Assembly: GCA_030390025.1 (NCBI GenBank)
Contig: CM059431.1
Span: forward strand, 144,772,001-144,836,000
Origin: Squalus acanthias
Taxonomy: Eukaryota
Length of the DNA stretch: 64,000 nt
Direction: 5' to 3'
Both the position numbers and the translations under genes were made by a program. The notes beneath the pieces are model-generated. The model saw only the letters and a list, made by a program, of their open reading frames with translations. It was not told the DNA's origin and did no database searches. Positions 11,301 through 26,300 of this stretch are shown piece by piece (position 1 is the stretch's first letter; the number at the start of each line of letters is the position of its first letter).

Positions 11301-14300
11301 GTCAGACTCTGTAACAAGTGTCCCTGTGTACAGTGTGTGTCTCTCCCAGTGAGGAGTCAGACTCTGTAACAAGTGTCCCTGTGTACAGTGTGTGTCTCTC
11401 CCAGTGAGGAGTCAGACTCTGTAACAAGTGTCCCTGTGTACAGTGTGTGTCTCTCCCAGTGAGGAGTCAGACTCTGTAACAAGTGTCCCTGTGTACAGTG
11501 TGTGTCTCTCCCAGTGAGGAGTCAGACTCTGTAACAAGTGTCCCTGTGTACAGTGTGTGTCTCTCCCAGTGAGGAGTCAGACTCTGTAACAAGTGTCCCT
11601 GTGTACAGTGTGTGTCTCTCCCAGTGAGGAGTCAGACTCTGTAACAAGTGTCCCTGTGTACAGTGTGTGTCTCTCCCAGTGAGGAGTCAGACTCTGTAAC
11701 AAGTGTCCCTGTGTACAGTGTGTGTCTCTCCCAGTGAGGAGTCAGACTCTGTAACAAGTGTCCCTGTGTACAGTGTGTGTCTCTCCCAGTGAGGAGTCAG
11801 ACTCTGTAACAAGTGTCCCTGTGTACAGTGTGTGTCTCTCCCAGTGAGGAGTCAGACTCTGTAACAAGTGTCCCTGTGTACAGTGTGTGTCTCTCCCAGT
11901 GAGGAGTCAGACTCTGTAACAAGTGTCCCTGTGTACAGTGTGTGTCTCTCCCAGTGAGGAGTCAGACTCTGTAACAAGTGTCCCTGTGTACAGTGTGTGT
12001 CTCTCCCAGTGAGGAGTCAGACTCTGTAACAAGTGTCCCTGTGTACAGTGTGTGTCTCTCCCAGTGAGGAGTCAGACTCTGTAACAAGTGTCCCTGTGTA
12101 CAGTGTGTGTCTCTCCCAGTGAGGAGTCAGACTCTGTAACAAGTGTCCCTGTGTACAGTGTGTGTCTCTCCCAGTGAGGAGTCAGACTCTGTAACAAGTG
12201 TCCCTGTGTACAGTGTGTGTCTCTCCCAGTGAGGAGTCAGACTCTGTAACAAGTGTCCCTGTGTACAGTGTGTGTCTCTCCCAGTGAGGAGTCAGACTCT
12301 GTAACAAGTGTCCCTGTGTACAGTGTGTGTCTCTCCCAGTGAGGAGTCAGACTCTGTAACAAGTGTCCCTGTGTACAGTGTGTGTCTCTCCCAGTGAGGA
12401 GTCAGACTCTGTAACAAGTGTCCCTGTGTACAGTGTGTGTCTCTCCCAGTGAGGAGTCAGACTCTGTAACAAGTGTCCCTGTGTACAGTGTGTGTCTCTC
12501 CCAGTGAGGAGTCAGACTCTGTAACAAGTGTCCCTGTGTACAGTGTGTGTCTCTCCCAGTGAGGAGTCAGACTCTGTAACAAGTGTCCCTGTGTACAGTG
12601 TGTGTCTCTCCCAGTGAGGAGTCAGACTCTGTAACAAGTGTCCCTGTGTACAGTGTGTGTCTCTCCCAGTGAGGAGTCAGACTCTGTAACAAGTGTCCCT
12701 GTGTACAGTGTGTGTCTCTCCCAGTGAGGAGTCAGACTCTGTAACAAGTGTCCCTGTGTACAGTGTGTGTCTCTCCCAGTGAGGAGTCAGACTCTGTAAC
12801 AAGTGTCCCTGTGTACAGTGTGTGTCTCTCCCAGTGAGGAGTCAGACTCTGTAACAAGTGTCCCTGTGTACAGTGTGTGTCTCTCCCAGTGAGGAGTCAG
12901 ACTCTGTAACAAGTGTCCCTGTGTACAGTGTGTGTCTCTCCCAGTGAGGAGTCAGACTCTGTAACAAGTGTCCCTGTGTACAGTGTGTGTCTCTCCCAGT
13001 GAGGAGTCAGACTCTGTAACAAGTGTCCCTGTGTACAGTGTGTGTCTCTCCCAGTGAGGAGTCAGACTCTGTAACAAGTGTCCCTGTGTACAGTGTGTGT
13101 CTCTCCCAGTGAGGAGTCAGACTCTGTAACAAGTGTCCCTGTGTACAGTGTGTGTCTCTCCCAGTGAGGAGTCAGACTCTGTAACAAGTGTCCCTGTGTA
13201 CAGTGTGTGTCTCTCCCAGTGAGGAGTCAGACTCTGTAACAAGTGTCCCTGTGTACAGTGTGTGTCTCTCCCAGTGAGGAGTCAGACTCTGTAACAAGTG
13301 TCCCTGTGTACAGTGTGTGTCTCTCCCAGTGAGGAGTCAGACTCTGTAACAAGTGTCCCTGTGTACAGTGTGTGTCTCTCCCAGTGAGGAGTCAGACTCT
13401 GTAACAAGTGTCCCTGTGTACAGTGTGTGTCTCTCCCAGTGAGGAGTCAGACTCTGTAACAAGTGTCCCTGTGTACAGTGTGTGTCTCTCCCAGTGAGGA
13501 GTCAGACTCTGTAACAAGTGTCCCTGTGTACAGTGTGTGTCTCTCCCAGTGAGGAGTCAGACTCTGTAACAAGTGTCCCTGTGTACAGTGTGTGTCTCTC
13601 CCAGTGAGGAGTCAGACTCTGTAACAAGTGTCCCTGTGTACAGTGTGTGTCTCTCCCAGTGAGGAGTCAGACTCTGTAACAAGTGTCCCTGTGTACAGTG
13701 TGTGTCTCTCCCAGTGAGGAGTCAGACTCTGTAACAAGTGTCCCTGTGTACAGTGTGTGTCTCTCCCAGTGAGGAGTCAGACTCTGTAACAAGTGTCCCT
13801 GTGTACAGTGTGTGTCTCTCCCAGTGAGGAGTCAGACTCTGTAACAAGTGTCCCTGTGTACAGTGTGTGTCTCTCCCAGTGAGGAGTCAGACTCTGTAAC
13901 AAGTGTCCCTGTGTACAGTGTGTGTCTCTCCCAGTGAGGAGTCAGACTCTGTAACAAGTGTCCCTGTGTACAGTGTGTGTCTCTCCCAGTGAGGAGTCAG
14001 ACTCTGTAACAAGTGTCCCTGTGTACAGTGTGTGTCTCTCCCAGTGAGGAGTCAGACTCTGTAACAAGTGTCCCTGTGTACAGTGTGTGTCTCTCCCAGT
14101 GAGGAGTCAGACTCTGTAACAAGTGTCCCTGTGTACAGTGTGTGTCTCTCCCAGTGAGGAGTCAGACTCTGTAACAAGTGTCCCTGTGTACAGTGTGTGT
14201 CTCTCCCAGTGAGGAGTCAGACTCTGTAACAAGTGTCCCTGTGTACAGTGTGTGTCTCTCCCAGTGAGGAGTCAGACTCTGTAACAAGTGTCCCTGTGTA

Positions 14301-17300
14301 CAGTGTGTGTCTCTCCCAGTGAGGAGTCAGACTCTGTAACAAGTGTCCCTGTGTACAGTGTGTGTCTCTCCCAGTGAGGAGTCAGACTCTGTAACAAGTG
14401 TCCCTGTGTACAGTGTGTGTCTCTCCCAGTGAGGAGTCAGACTCTGTAACAAGTGTCCCTGTGTACAGTGTGTGTCTCTCCCAGTGAGGAGTCAGACTCT
14501 GTAACAAGTGTCCCTGTGTACAGTGTGTGTCTCTCCCAGTGAGGAGTCAGACTCTGTAACAAGTGTCCCTGTGTACAGTGTGTGTCTCTCCCAGTGAGGA
14601 GTCAGACTCTGTAACAAGTGTCCCTGTGTACAGTGTGTGTCTCTCCCAGTGAGGAGTCAGACTCTGTAACAAGTGTCCCTGTGTACAGTGTGTGTCTCTC
14701 CCAGTGAGGAGTCAGACTCTGTAACAAGTGTCCCTGTGTACAGTGTGTGTCTCTCCCAGTGAGGAGTCAGACTCTGTAACAAGTGTCCCTGTGTACAGTG
14801 TGTGTCTCTCCCAGTGAGGAGTCAGACTCTGTAACAAGTGTCCCTGTGTACAGTGTGTGTCTCTCCCAGTGAGGAGTCAGACTCTGTAACAAGTGTCCCT
14901 GTGTACAGTGTGTGTCTCTCCCAGTGAGGAGTCAGACTCTGTAACAAGTGTCCCTGTGTACAGTGTGTGTCTCTCCCAGTGAGGAGTCAGACTCTGTAAC
15001 AAGTGTCCCTGTGTACAGTGTGTGTCTCTCCCAGTGAGGAGTCAGACTCTGTAACAAGTGTCCCTGTGTACAGTGTGTGTCTCTCCCAGTGAGGAGTCAG
15101 ACTCTGTAACAAGTGTCCCTGTGTACAGTGTGTGTCTCTCCCAGTGAGGAGTCAGACTCTGTAACAAGTGTCCCTGTGTACAGTGTGTGTCTCTCCCAGT
15201 GAGGAGTCAGACTCTGTAACAAGTGTCCCTGTGTACAGTGTGTGTCTCTCCCAGTGAGGAGTCAGACTCTGTAACAAGTGTCCCTGTGTACAGTGTGTGT
15301 CTCTCCCAGTGAGGAGTCAGACTCTGTAACAAGTGTCCCTGTGTACAGTGTGTGTCTCTCCCAGTGAGGAGTCAGACTCTGTAACAAGTGTCCCTGTGTA
15401 CAGTGTGTGTCTCTCCCAGTGAGGAGTCAGACTCTGTAACAAGTGTCCCTGTGTACAGTGTGTGTCTCTCCCAGTGAGGAGTCAGACTCTGTAACAAGTG
15501 TCCCTGTGTACAGTGTGTGTCTCTCCCAGTGAGGAGTCAGACTCTGTAACAAGTGTCCCTGTGTACAGTGTGTGTCTCTCCCAGTGAGGAGTCAGACTCT
15601 GTAACAAGTGTCCCTGTGTACAGTGTGTGTCTCTCCCAGTGAGGAGTCAGACTCTGTAACAAGTGTCCCTGTGTACAGTGTGTGTCTCTCCCAGTGAGGA
15701 GTCAGACTCTGTAACAAGTGTCCCTGTGTACAGTGTGTGTCTCTCCCAGTGAGGAGTCAGACTCTGTAACAAGTGTCCCTGTGTACAGTGTGTGTCTCTC
15801 CCAGTGAGGAGTCAGACTCTGTAACAAGTGTCCCTGTGTACAGTGTGTGTCTCTCCCAGTGAGGAGTCAGACTCTGTAACAAGTGTCCCTGTGTACAGTG
15901 TGTGTCTCTCCCAGTGAGGAGTCAGACTCTGTAACAAGTGTCCCTGTGTACAGTGTGTGTCTCTCCCAGTGAGGAGTCAGACTCTGTAACAAGTGTCCCT
16001 GTGTACAGTGTGTGTCTCTCCCAGTGAGGAGTCAGACTCTGTAACAAGTGTCCCTGTGTACAGTGTGTGTCTCTCCCAGTGAGGAGTCAGACTCTGTAAC
16101 AAGTGTCCCTGTGTACAGTGTGTGTCTCTCCCAGTGAGGAGTCAGACTCTGTAACAAGTGTCCCTGTGTACAGTGTGTGTCTCTCCCAGTGAGGAGTCAG
16201 ACTCTGTAACAAGTGTCCCTGTGTACAGTGTGTGTCTCTCCCAGTGAGGAGTCAGACTCTGTAACAAGTGTCCCTGTGTACAGTGTGTGTCTCTCCCAGT
16301 GAGGAGTCAGACTCTGTAACAAGTGTCCCTGTGTACAGTGTGTGTCTCTCCCAGTGAGGAGTCAGACTCTGTAACAAGTGTCCCTGTGTACAGTGTGTGT
16401 CTCTCCCAGTGAGGAGTCAGACTCTGTAACAAGTGTCCCTGTGTACAGTGTGTGTCTCTCCCAGTGAGGAGTCAGACTCTGTAACAAGTGTCCCTGTGTA
16501 CAGTGTGTGTCTCTCCCAGTGAGGAGTCAGACTCTGTAACAAGTGTCCCTGTGTACAGTGTGTGTCTCTCCCAGTGAGGAGTCAGACTCTGTAACAAGTG
16601 TCCCTGTGTACAGTGTGTGTCTCTCCCAGTGAGGAGTCAGACTCTGTAACAAGTGTCCCTGTGTACAGTGTGTGTCTCTCCCAGTGAGGAGTCAGACTCT
16701 GTAACAAGTGTCCCTGTGTACAGTGTGTGTCTCTCCCAGTGAGGAGTCAGACTCTGTAACAAGTGTCCCTGTGTACAGTGTGTGTCTCTCCCAGTGAGGA
16801 GTCAGACTCTGTAACAAGTGTCCCTGTGTACAGTGTGTGTCTCTCCCAGTGAGGAGTCAGACTCTGTAACAAGTGTCCCTGTGTACAGTGTGTGTCTCTC
16901 CCAGTGAGGAGTCAGACTCTGTAACAAGTGTCCCTGTGTACAGTGTGTGTCTCTCCCAGTGAGGAGTCAGACTCTGTAACAAGTGTCCCTGTGTACAGTG
17001 TGTGTCTCTCCCAGTGAGGAGTCAGACTCTGTAACAAGTGTCCCTGTGTACAGTGTGTGTCTCTCCCAGTGAGGAGTCAGACTCTGTAACAAGTGTCCCT
17101 GTGTACAGTGTGTGTCTCTCCCAGTGAGGAGTCAGACTCTGTAACAAGTGTCCCTGTGTACAGTGTGTGTCTCTCCCAGTGAGGAGTCAGACTCTGTAAC
17201 AAGTGTCCCTGTGTACAGTGTGTGTCTCTCCCAGTGAGGAGTCAGACTCTGTAACAAGTGTCCCTGTGTACAGTGTGTGTCTCTCCCAGTGAGGAGTCAG

Positions 17301-20300
17301 ACTCTGTAACAAGTGTCCCTGTGTACAGTGTGTGTCTCTCCCAGTGAGGAGTCAGACTCTGTAACAAGTGTCCCTGTGTACAGTGTGTGTCTCTCCCAGT
17401 GAGGAGTCAGACTCTGTAACAAGTGTCCCTGTGTACAGTGTGTGTCTCTCCCAGTGAGGAGTCAGACTCTGTAACAAGTGTCCCTGTGTACAGTGTGTGT
17501 CTCTCCCAGTGAGGAGTCAGACTCTGTAACAAGTGTCCCTGTGTACAGTGTGTGTCTCTCCCAGTGAGGAGTCAGACTCTGTAACAAGTGTCCCTGTGTA
17601 CAGTGTGTGTCTCTCCCAGTGAGGAGTCAGACTCTGTAACAAGTGTCCCTGTGTACAGTGTGTGTCTCTCCCAGTGAGGAGTCAGACTCTGTAACAAGTG
17701 TCCCTGTGTACAGTGTGTGTCTCTCCCAGTGAGGAGTCAGACTCTGTAACAAGTGTCCCTGTGTACAGTGTGTGTCTCTCCCAGTGAGGAGTCAGACTCT
17801 GTAACAAGTGTCCCTGTGTACAGTGTGTGTCTCTCCCAGTGAGGAGTCAGACTCTGTAACAAGTGTCCCTGTGTACAGTGTGTGTCTCTCCCAGTGAGGA
17901 GTCAGACTCTGTAACAAGTGTCCCTGTGTACAGTGTGTGTCTCTCCCAGTGAGGAGTCAGACTCTGTAACAAGTGTCCCTGTGTACAGTGTGTGTCTCTC
18001 CCAGTGAGGAGTCAGACTCTGTAACAAGTGTCCCTGTGTACAGTGTGTGTCTCTCCCAGTGAGGAGTCAGACTCTGTAACAAGTGTCCCTGTGTACAGTG
18101 TGTGTCTCTCCCAGTGAGGAGTCAGACTCTGTAACAAGTGTCCCTGTGTACAGTGTGTGTCTCTCCCAGTGAGGAGTCAGACTCTGTAACAAGTGTCCCT
18201 GTGTACAGTGTGTGTCTCTCCCAGTGAGGAGTCAGACTCTGTAACAAGTGTCCCTGTGTACAGTGTGTGTCTCTCCCAGTGAGGAGTCAGACTCTGTAAC
18301 AAGTGTCCCTGTGTACAGTGTGTGTCTCTCCCAGTGAGGAGTCAGACTCTGTAACAAGTGTCCCTGTGTACAGTGTGTGTCTCTCCCAGTGAGGAGTCAG
18401 ACTCTGTAACAAGTGTCCCTGTGTACAGTGTGTGTCTCTCCCAGTGAGGAGTCAGACTCTGTAACAAGTGTCCCTGTGTACAGTGTGTGTCTCTCCCAGT
18501 GAGGAGTCAGACTCTGTAACAAGTGTCCCTGTGTACAGTGTGTGTCTCTCCCAGTGAGGAGTCAGACTCTGTAACAAGTGTCCCTGTGTACAGTGTGTGT
18601 CTCTCCCAGTGAGGAGTCAGACTCTGTAACAAGTGTCCCTGTGTACAGTGTGTGTCTCTCCCAGTGAGGAGTCAGACTCTGTAACAAGTGTCCCTGTGTA
18701 CAGTGTGTGTCTCTCCCAGTGAGGAGTCAGACTCTGTAACAAGTGTCCCTGTGTACAGTGTGTGTCTCTCCCAGTGAGGAGTCAGACTCTGTAACAAGTG
18801 TCCCTGTGTACAGTGTGTGTCTCTCCCAGTGAGGAGTCAGACTCTGTAACAAGTGTCCCTGTGTACAGTGTGTGTCTCTCCCAGTGAGGAGTCAGACTCT
18901 GTAACAAGTGTCCCTGTGTACAGTGTGTGTCTCTCCCAGTGAGGAGTCAGACTCTGTAACAAGTGTCCCTGTGTACAGTGTGTGTCTCTCCCAGTGAGGA
19001 GTCAGACTCTGTAACAAGTGTCCCTGTGTACAGTGTGTGTCTCTCCCAGTGAGGAGTCAGACTCTGTAACAAGTGTCCCTGTGTACAGTGTGTGTCTCTC
19101 CCAGTGAGGAGTCAGACTCTGTAACAAGTGTCCCTGTGTACAGTGTGTGTCTCTCCCAGTGAGGAGTCAGACTCTGTAACAAGTGTCCCTGTGTACAGTG
19201 TGTGTCTCTCCCAGTGAGGAGTCAGACTCTGTAACAAGTGTCCCTGTGTACAGTGTGTGTCTCTCCCAGTGAGGAGTCAGACTCTGTAACAAGTGTCCCT
19301 GTGTACAGTGTGTGTCTCTCCCAGTGAGGAGTCAGACTCTGTAACAAGTGTCCCTGTGTACAGTGTGTGTCTCTCCCAGTGAGGAGTCAGACTCTGTAAC
19401 AAGTGTCCCTGTGTACAGTGTGTGTCTCTCCCAGTGAGGAGTCAGACTCTGTAACAAGTGTCCCTGTGTACAGTGTGTGTCTCTCCCAGTGAGGAGTCAG
19501 ACTCTGTAACAAGTGTCCCTGTGTACAGTGTGTGTCTCTCCCAGTGAGGAGTCAGACTCTGTAACAAGTGTCCCTGTGTACAGTGTGTGTCTCTCCCAGT
19601 GAGGAGTCAGACTCTGTAACAAGTGTCCCTGTGTACAGTGTGTGTCTCTCCCAGTGAGGAGTCAGACTCTGTAACAAGTGTCCCTGTGTACAGTGTGTGT
19701 CTCTCCCAGTGAGGAGTCAGACTCTGTAACAAGTGTCCCTGTGTACAGTGTGTGTCTCTCCCAGTGAGGAGTCAGACTCTGTAACAAGTGTCCCTGTGTA
19801 CAGTGTGTGTCTCTCCCAGTGAGGAGTCAGACTCTGTAACAAGTGTCCCTGTGTACAGTGTGTGTCTCTCCCAGTGAGGAGTCAGACTCTGTAACAAGTG
19901 TCCCTGTGTACAGTGTGTGTCTCTCCCAGTGAGGAGTCAGACTCTGTAACAAGTGTCCCTGTGTACAGTGTGTGTCTCTCCCAGTGAGGAGTCAGACTCT
20001 GTAACAAGTGTCCCTGTGTACAGTGTGTGTCTCTCCCAGTGAGGAGTCAGACTCTGTAACAAGTGTCCCTGTGTACAGTGTGTGTCTCTCCCAGTGAGGA
20101 GTCAGACTCTGTAACAAGTGTCCCTGTGTACAGTGTGTGTCTCTCCCAGTGAGGAGTCAGACTCTGTAACAAGTGTCCCTGTGTACAGTGTGTGTCTCTC
20201 CCAGTGAGGAGTCAGACTCTGTAACAAGTGTCCCTGTGTACAGTGTGTGTCTCTCCCAGTGAGGAGTCAGACTCTGTAACAAGTGTCCCTGTGTACAGTG

Positions 20301-23300
20301 TGTGTCTCTCCCAGTGAGGAGTCAGACTCTGTAACAAGTGTCCCTGTGTACAGTGTGTGTCTCTCCCAGTGAGGAGTCAGACTCTGTAACAAGTGTCCCT
20401 GTGTACAGTGTGTGTCTCTCCCAGTGAGGAGTCAGACTCTGTAACAAGTGTCCCTGTGTACAGTGTGTGTCTCTCCCAGTGAGGAGTCAGACTCTGTAAC
20501 AAGTGTCCCTGTGTACAGTGTGTGTCTCTCCCAGTGAGGAGTCAGACTCTGTAACAAGTGTCCCTGTGTACAGTGTGTGTCTCTCCCAGTGAGGAGTCAG
20601 ACTCTGTAACAAGTGTCCCTGTGTACAGTGTGTGTCTCTCCCAGTGAGGAGTCAGACTCTGTAACAAGTGTCCCTGTGTACAGTGTGTGTCTCTCCCAGT
20701 GAGGAGTCAGACTCTGTAACAAGTGTCCCTGTGTACAGTGTGTGTCTCTCCCAGTGAGGAGTCAGACTCTGTAACAAGTGTCCCTGTGTACAGTGTGTGT
20801 CTCTCCCAGTGAGGAGTCAGACTCTGTAACAAGTGTCCCTGTGTACAGTGTGTGTCTCTCCCAGTGAGGAGTCAGACTCTGTAACAAGTGTCCCTGTGTA
20901 CAGTGTGTGTCTCTCCCAGTGAGGAGTCAGACTCTGTAACAAGTGTCCCTGTGTACAGTGTGTGTCTCTCCCAGTGAGGAGTCAGACTCTGTAACAAGTG
21001 TCCCTGTGTACAGTGTGTGTCTCTCCCAGTGAGGAGTCAGACTCTGTAACAAGTGTCCCTGTGTACAGTGTGTGTCTCTCCCAGTGAGGAGTCAGACTCT
21101 GTAACAAGTGTCCCTGTGTACAGTGTGTGTCTCTCCCAGTGAGGAGTCAGACTCTGTAACAAGTGTCCCTGTGTACAGTGTGTGTCTCTCCCAGTGAGGA
21201 GTCAGACTCTGTAACAAGTGTCCCTGTGTACAGTGTGTGTCTCTCCCAGTGAGGAGTCAGACTCTGTAACAAGTGTCCCTGTGTACAGTGTGTGTCTCTC
21301 CCAGTGAGGAGTCAGACTCTGTAACAAGTGTCCCTGTGTACAGTGTGTGTCTCTCCCAGTGAGGAGTCAGACTCTGTAACAAGTGTCCCTGTGTACAGTG
21401 TGTGTCTCTCCCAGTGAGGAGTCAGACTCTGTAACAAGTGTCCCTGTGTACAGTGTGTGTCTCTCCCAGTGAGGAGTCAGACTCTGTAACAAGTGTCCCT
21501 GTGTACAGTGTGTGTCTCTCCCAGTGAGGAGTCAGACTCTGTAACAAGTGTCCCTGTGTACAGTGTGTGTCTCTCCCAGTGAGGAGTCAGACTCTGTAAC
21601 AAGTGTCCCTGTGTACAGTGTGTGTCTCTCCCAGTGAGGAGTCAGACTCTGTAACAAGTGTCCCTGTGTACAGTGTGTGTCTCTCCCAGTGAGGAGTCAG
21701 ACTCTGTAACAAGTGTCCCTGTGTACAGTGTGTGTCTCTCCCAGTGAGGAGTCAGACTCTGTAACAAGTGTCCCTGTGTACAGTGTGTGTCTCTCCCAGT
21801 GAGGAGTCAGACTCTGTAACAAGTGTCCCTGTGTACAGTGTGTGTCTCTCCCAGTGAGGAGTCAGACTCTGTAACAAGTGTCCCTGTGTACAGTGTGTGT
21901 CTCTCCCAGTGAGGAGTCAGACTCTGTAACAAGTGTCCCTGTGTACAGTGTGTGTCTCTCCCAGTGAGGAGTCAGACTCTGTAACAAGTGTCCCTGTGTA
22001 CAGTGTGTGTCTCTCCCAGTGAGGAGTCAGACTCTGTAACAAGTGTCCCTGTGTACAGTGTGTGTCTCTCCCAGTGAGGAGTCAGACTCTGTAACAAGTG
22101 TCCCTGTGTACAGTGTGTGTCTCTCCCAGTGAGGAGTCAGACTCTGTAACAAGTGTCCCTGTGTACAGTGTGTGTCTCTCCCAGTGAGGAGTCAGACTCT
22201 GTAACAAGTGTCCCTGTGTACAGTGTGTGTCTCTCCCAGTGAGGAGTCAGACTCTGTAACAAGTGTCCCTGTGTACAGTGTGTGTCTCTCCCAGTGAGGA
22301 GTCAGACTCTGTAACAAGTGTCCCTGTGTACAGTGTGTGTCTCTCCCAGTGAGGAGTCAGACTCTGTAACAAGTGTCCCTGTGTACAGTGTGTGTCTCTC
22401 CCAGTGAGGAGTCAGACTCTGTAACAAGTGTCCCTGTGTACAGTGTGTGTCTCTCCCAGTGAGGAGTCAGACTCTGTAACAAGTGTCCCTGTGTACAGTG
22501 TGTGTCTCTCCCAGTGAGGAGTCAGACTCTGTAACAAGTGTCCCTGTGTACAGTGTGTGTCTCTCCCAGTGAGGAGTCAGACTCTGTAACAAGTGTCCCT
22601 GTGTACAGTGTGTGTCTCTCCCAGTGAGGAGTCAGACTCTGTAACAAGTGTCCCTGTGTACAGTGTGTGTCTCTCCCAGTGAGGAGTCAGACTCTGTAAC
22701 AAGTGTCCCTGTGTACAGTGTGTGTCTCTCCCAGTGAGGAGTCAGACTCTGTAACAAGTGTCCCTGTGTACAGTGTGTGTCTCTCCCAGTGAGGAGTCAG
22801 ACTCTGTAACAAGTGTCCCTGTGTACAGTGTGTGTCTCTCCCAGTGAGGAGTCAGACTCTGTAACAAGTGTCCCTGTGTACAGTGTGTGTCTCTCCCAGT
22901 GAGGAGTCAGACTCTGTAACAAGTGTCCCTGTGTACAGTGTGTGTCTCTCCCAGTGAGGAGTCAGACTCTGTAACAAGTGTCCCTGTGTACAGTGTGTGT
23001 CTCTCCCAGTGAGGAGTCAGACTCTGTAACAAGTGTCCCTGTGTACAGTGTGTGTCTCTCCCAGTGAGGAGTCAGACTCTGTAACAAGTGTCCCTGTGTA
23101 CAGTGTGTGTCTCTCCCAGTGAGGAGTCAGACTCTGTAACAAGTGTCCCTGTGTACAGTGTGTGTCTCTCCCAGTGAGGAGTCAGACTCTGTAACAAGTG
23201 TCCCTGTGTACAGTGTGTGTCTCTCCCAGTGAGGAGTCAGACTCTGTAACAAGTGTCCCTGTGTACAGTGTGTGTCTCTCCCAGTGAGGAGTCAGACTCT

Positions 23301-26300
23301 GTAACAAGTGTCCCTGTGTACAGTGTGTGTCTCTCCCAGTGAGGAGTCAGACTCTGTAACAAGTGTCCCTGTGTACAGTGTGTGTCTCTCCCAGTGAGGA
23401 GTCAGACTCTGTAACAAGTGTCCCTGTGTACAGTGTGTGTCTCTCCCAGTGAGGAGTCAGACTCTGTAACAAGTGTCCCTGTGTACAGTGTGTGTCTCTC
23501 CCAGTGAGGAGTCAGACTCTGTAACAAGTGTCCCTGTGTACAGTGTGTGTCTCTCCCAGTGAGGAGTCAGACTCTGTAACAAGTGTCCCTGTGTACAGTG
23601 TGTGTCTCTCCCAGTGAGGAGTCAGACTCTGTAACAAGTGTCCCTGTGTACAGTGTGTGTCTCTCCCAGTGAGGAGTCAGACTCTGTAACAAGTGTCCCT
23701 GTGTACAGTGTGTGTCTCTCCCAGTGAGGAGTCAGACTCTGTAACAAGTGTCCCTGTGTACAGTGTGTGTCTCTCCCAGTGAGGAGTCAGACTCTGTAAC
23801 AAGTGTCCCTGTGTACAGTGTGTGTCTCTCCCAGTGAGGAGTCAGACTCTGTAACAAGTGTCCCTGTGTACAGTGTGTGTCTCTCCCAGTGAGGAGTCAG
23901 ACTCTGTAACAAGTGTCCCTGTGTACAGTGTGTGTCTCTCCCAGTGAGGAGTCAGACTCTGTAACAAGTGTCCCTGTGTACAGTGTGTGTCTCTCCCAGT
24001 GAGGAGTCAGACTCTGTAACAAGTGTCCCTGTGTACAGTGTGTGTCTCTCCCAGTGAGGAGTCAGACTCTGTAACAAGTGTCCCTGTGTACAGTGTGTGT
24101 CTCTCCCAGTGAGGAGTCAGACTCTGTAACAAGTGTCCCTGTGTACAGTGTGTGTCTCTCCCAGTGAGGAGTCAGACTCTGTAACAAGTGTCCCTGTGTA
24201 CAGTGTGTGTCTCTCCCAGTGAGGAGTCAGACTCTGTAACAAGTGTCCCTGTGTACAGTGTGTGTCTCTCCCAGTGAGGAGTCAGACTCTGTAACAAGTG
24301 TCCCTGTGTACAGTGTGTGTCTCTCCCAGTGAGGAGTCAGACTCTGTAACAAGTGTCCCTGTGTACAGTGTGTGTCTCTCCCAGTGAGGAGTCAGACTCT
24401 GTAACAAGTGTCCCTGTGTACAGTGTGTGTCTCTCCCAGTGAGGAGTCAGACTCTGTAACAAGTGTCCCTGTGTACAGTGTGTGTCTCTCCCAGTGAGGA
24501 GTCAGACTCTGTAACAAGTGTCCCTGTGTACAGTGTGTGTCTCTCCCAGTGAGGAGTCAGACTCTGTAACAAGTGTCCCTGTGTACAGTGTGTGTCTCTC
24601 CCAGTGAGGAGTCAGACTCTGTAACAAGTGTCCCTGTGTACAGTGTGTGTCTCTCCCAGTGAGGAGTCAGACTCTGTAACAAGTGTCCCTGTGTACAGTG
24701 TGTGTCTCTCCCAGTGAGGAGTCAGACTCTGTAACAAGTGTCCCTGTGTACAGTGTGTGTCTCTCCCAGTGAGGAGTCAGACTCTGTAACAAGTGTCCCT
24801 GTGTACAGTGTGTGTCTCTCCCAGTGAGGAGTCAGACTCTGTAACAAGTGTCCCTGTGTACAGTGTGTGTCTCTCCCAGTGAGGAGTCAGACTCTGTAAC
24901 AAGTGTCCCTGTGTACAGTGTGTGTCTCTCCCAGTGAGGAGTCAGACTCTGTAACAAGTGTCCCTGTGTACAGTGTGTGTCTCTCCCAGTGAGGAGTCAG
25001 ACTCTGTAACAAGTGTCCCTGTGTACAGTGTGTGTCTCTCCCAGTGAGGAGTCAGACTCTGTAACAAGTGTCCCTGTGTACAGTGTGTGTCTCTCCCAGT
25101 GAGGAGTCAGACTCTGTAACAAGTGTCCCTGTGTACAGTGTGTGTCTCTCCCAGTGAGGAGTCAGACTCTGTAACAAGTGTCCCTGTGTACAGTGTGTGT
25201 CTCTCCCAGTGAGGAGTCAGACTCTGTAACAAGTGTCCCTGTGTACAGTGTGTGTCTCTCCCAGTGAGGAGTCAGACTCTGTAACAAGTGTCCCTGTGTA
25301 CAGTGTGTGTCTCTCCCAGTGAGGAGTCAGACTCTGTAACAAGTGTCCCTGTGTACAGTGTGTGTCTCTCCCAGTGAGGAGTCAGACTCTGTAACAAGTG
25401 TCCCTGTGTACAGTGTGTGTCTCTCCCAGTGAGGAGTCAGACTCTGTAACAAGTGTCCCTGTGTACAGTGTGTGTCTCTCCCAGTGAGGAGTCAGACTCT
25501 GTAACAAGTGTCCCTGTGTACAGTGTGTGTCTCTCCCAGTGAGGAGTCAGACTCTGTAACAAGTGTCCCTGTGTACAGTGTGTGTCTCTCCCAGTGAGGA
25601 GTCAGACTCTGTAACAAGTGTCCCTGTGTACAGTGTGTGTCTCTCCCAGTGAGGAGTCAGACTCTGTAACAAGTGTCCCTGTGTACAGTGTGTGTCTCTC
25701 CCAGTGAGGAGTCAGACTCTGTAACAAGTGTCCCTGTGTACAGTGTGTGTCTCTCCCAGTGAGGAGTCAGACTCTGTAACAAGTGTCCCTGTGTACAGTG
25801 TGTGTCTCTCCCAGTGAGGAGTCAGACTCTGTAACAAGTGTCCCTGTGTACAGTGTGTGTCTCTCCCAGTGAGGAGTCAGACTCTGTAACAAGTGTCCCT
25901 GTGTACAGTGTGTGTCTCTCCCAGTGAGGAGTCAGACTCTGTAACAAGTGTCCCTGTGTACAGTGTGTGTCTCTCCCAGTGAGGAGTCAGACTCTGTAAC
26001 AAGTGTCCCTGTGTACAGTGTGTGTCTCTCCCAGTGAGGAGTCAGACTCTGTAACAAGTGTCCCTGTGTACAGTGTGTGTCTCTCCCAGTGAGGAGTCAG
26101 ACTCTGTAACAAGTGTCCCTGTGTACAGTGTGTGTCTCTCCCAGTGAGGAGTCAGACTCTGTAACAAGTGTCCCTGTGTACAGTGTGTGTCTCTCCCAGT
26201 GAGGAGTCAGACTCTGTAACAAGTGTCCCTGTGTACAGTGTGTGTCTCTCCCAGTGAGGAGTCAGACTCTGTAACAAGTGTCCCTGTGTACAGTGTGTGT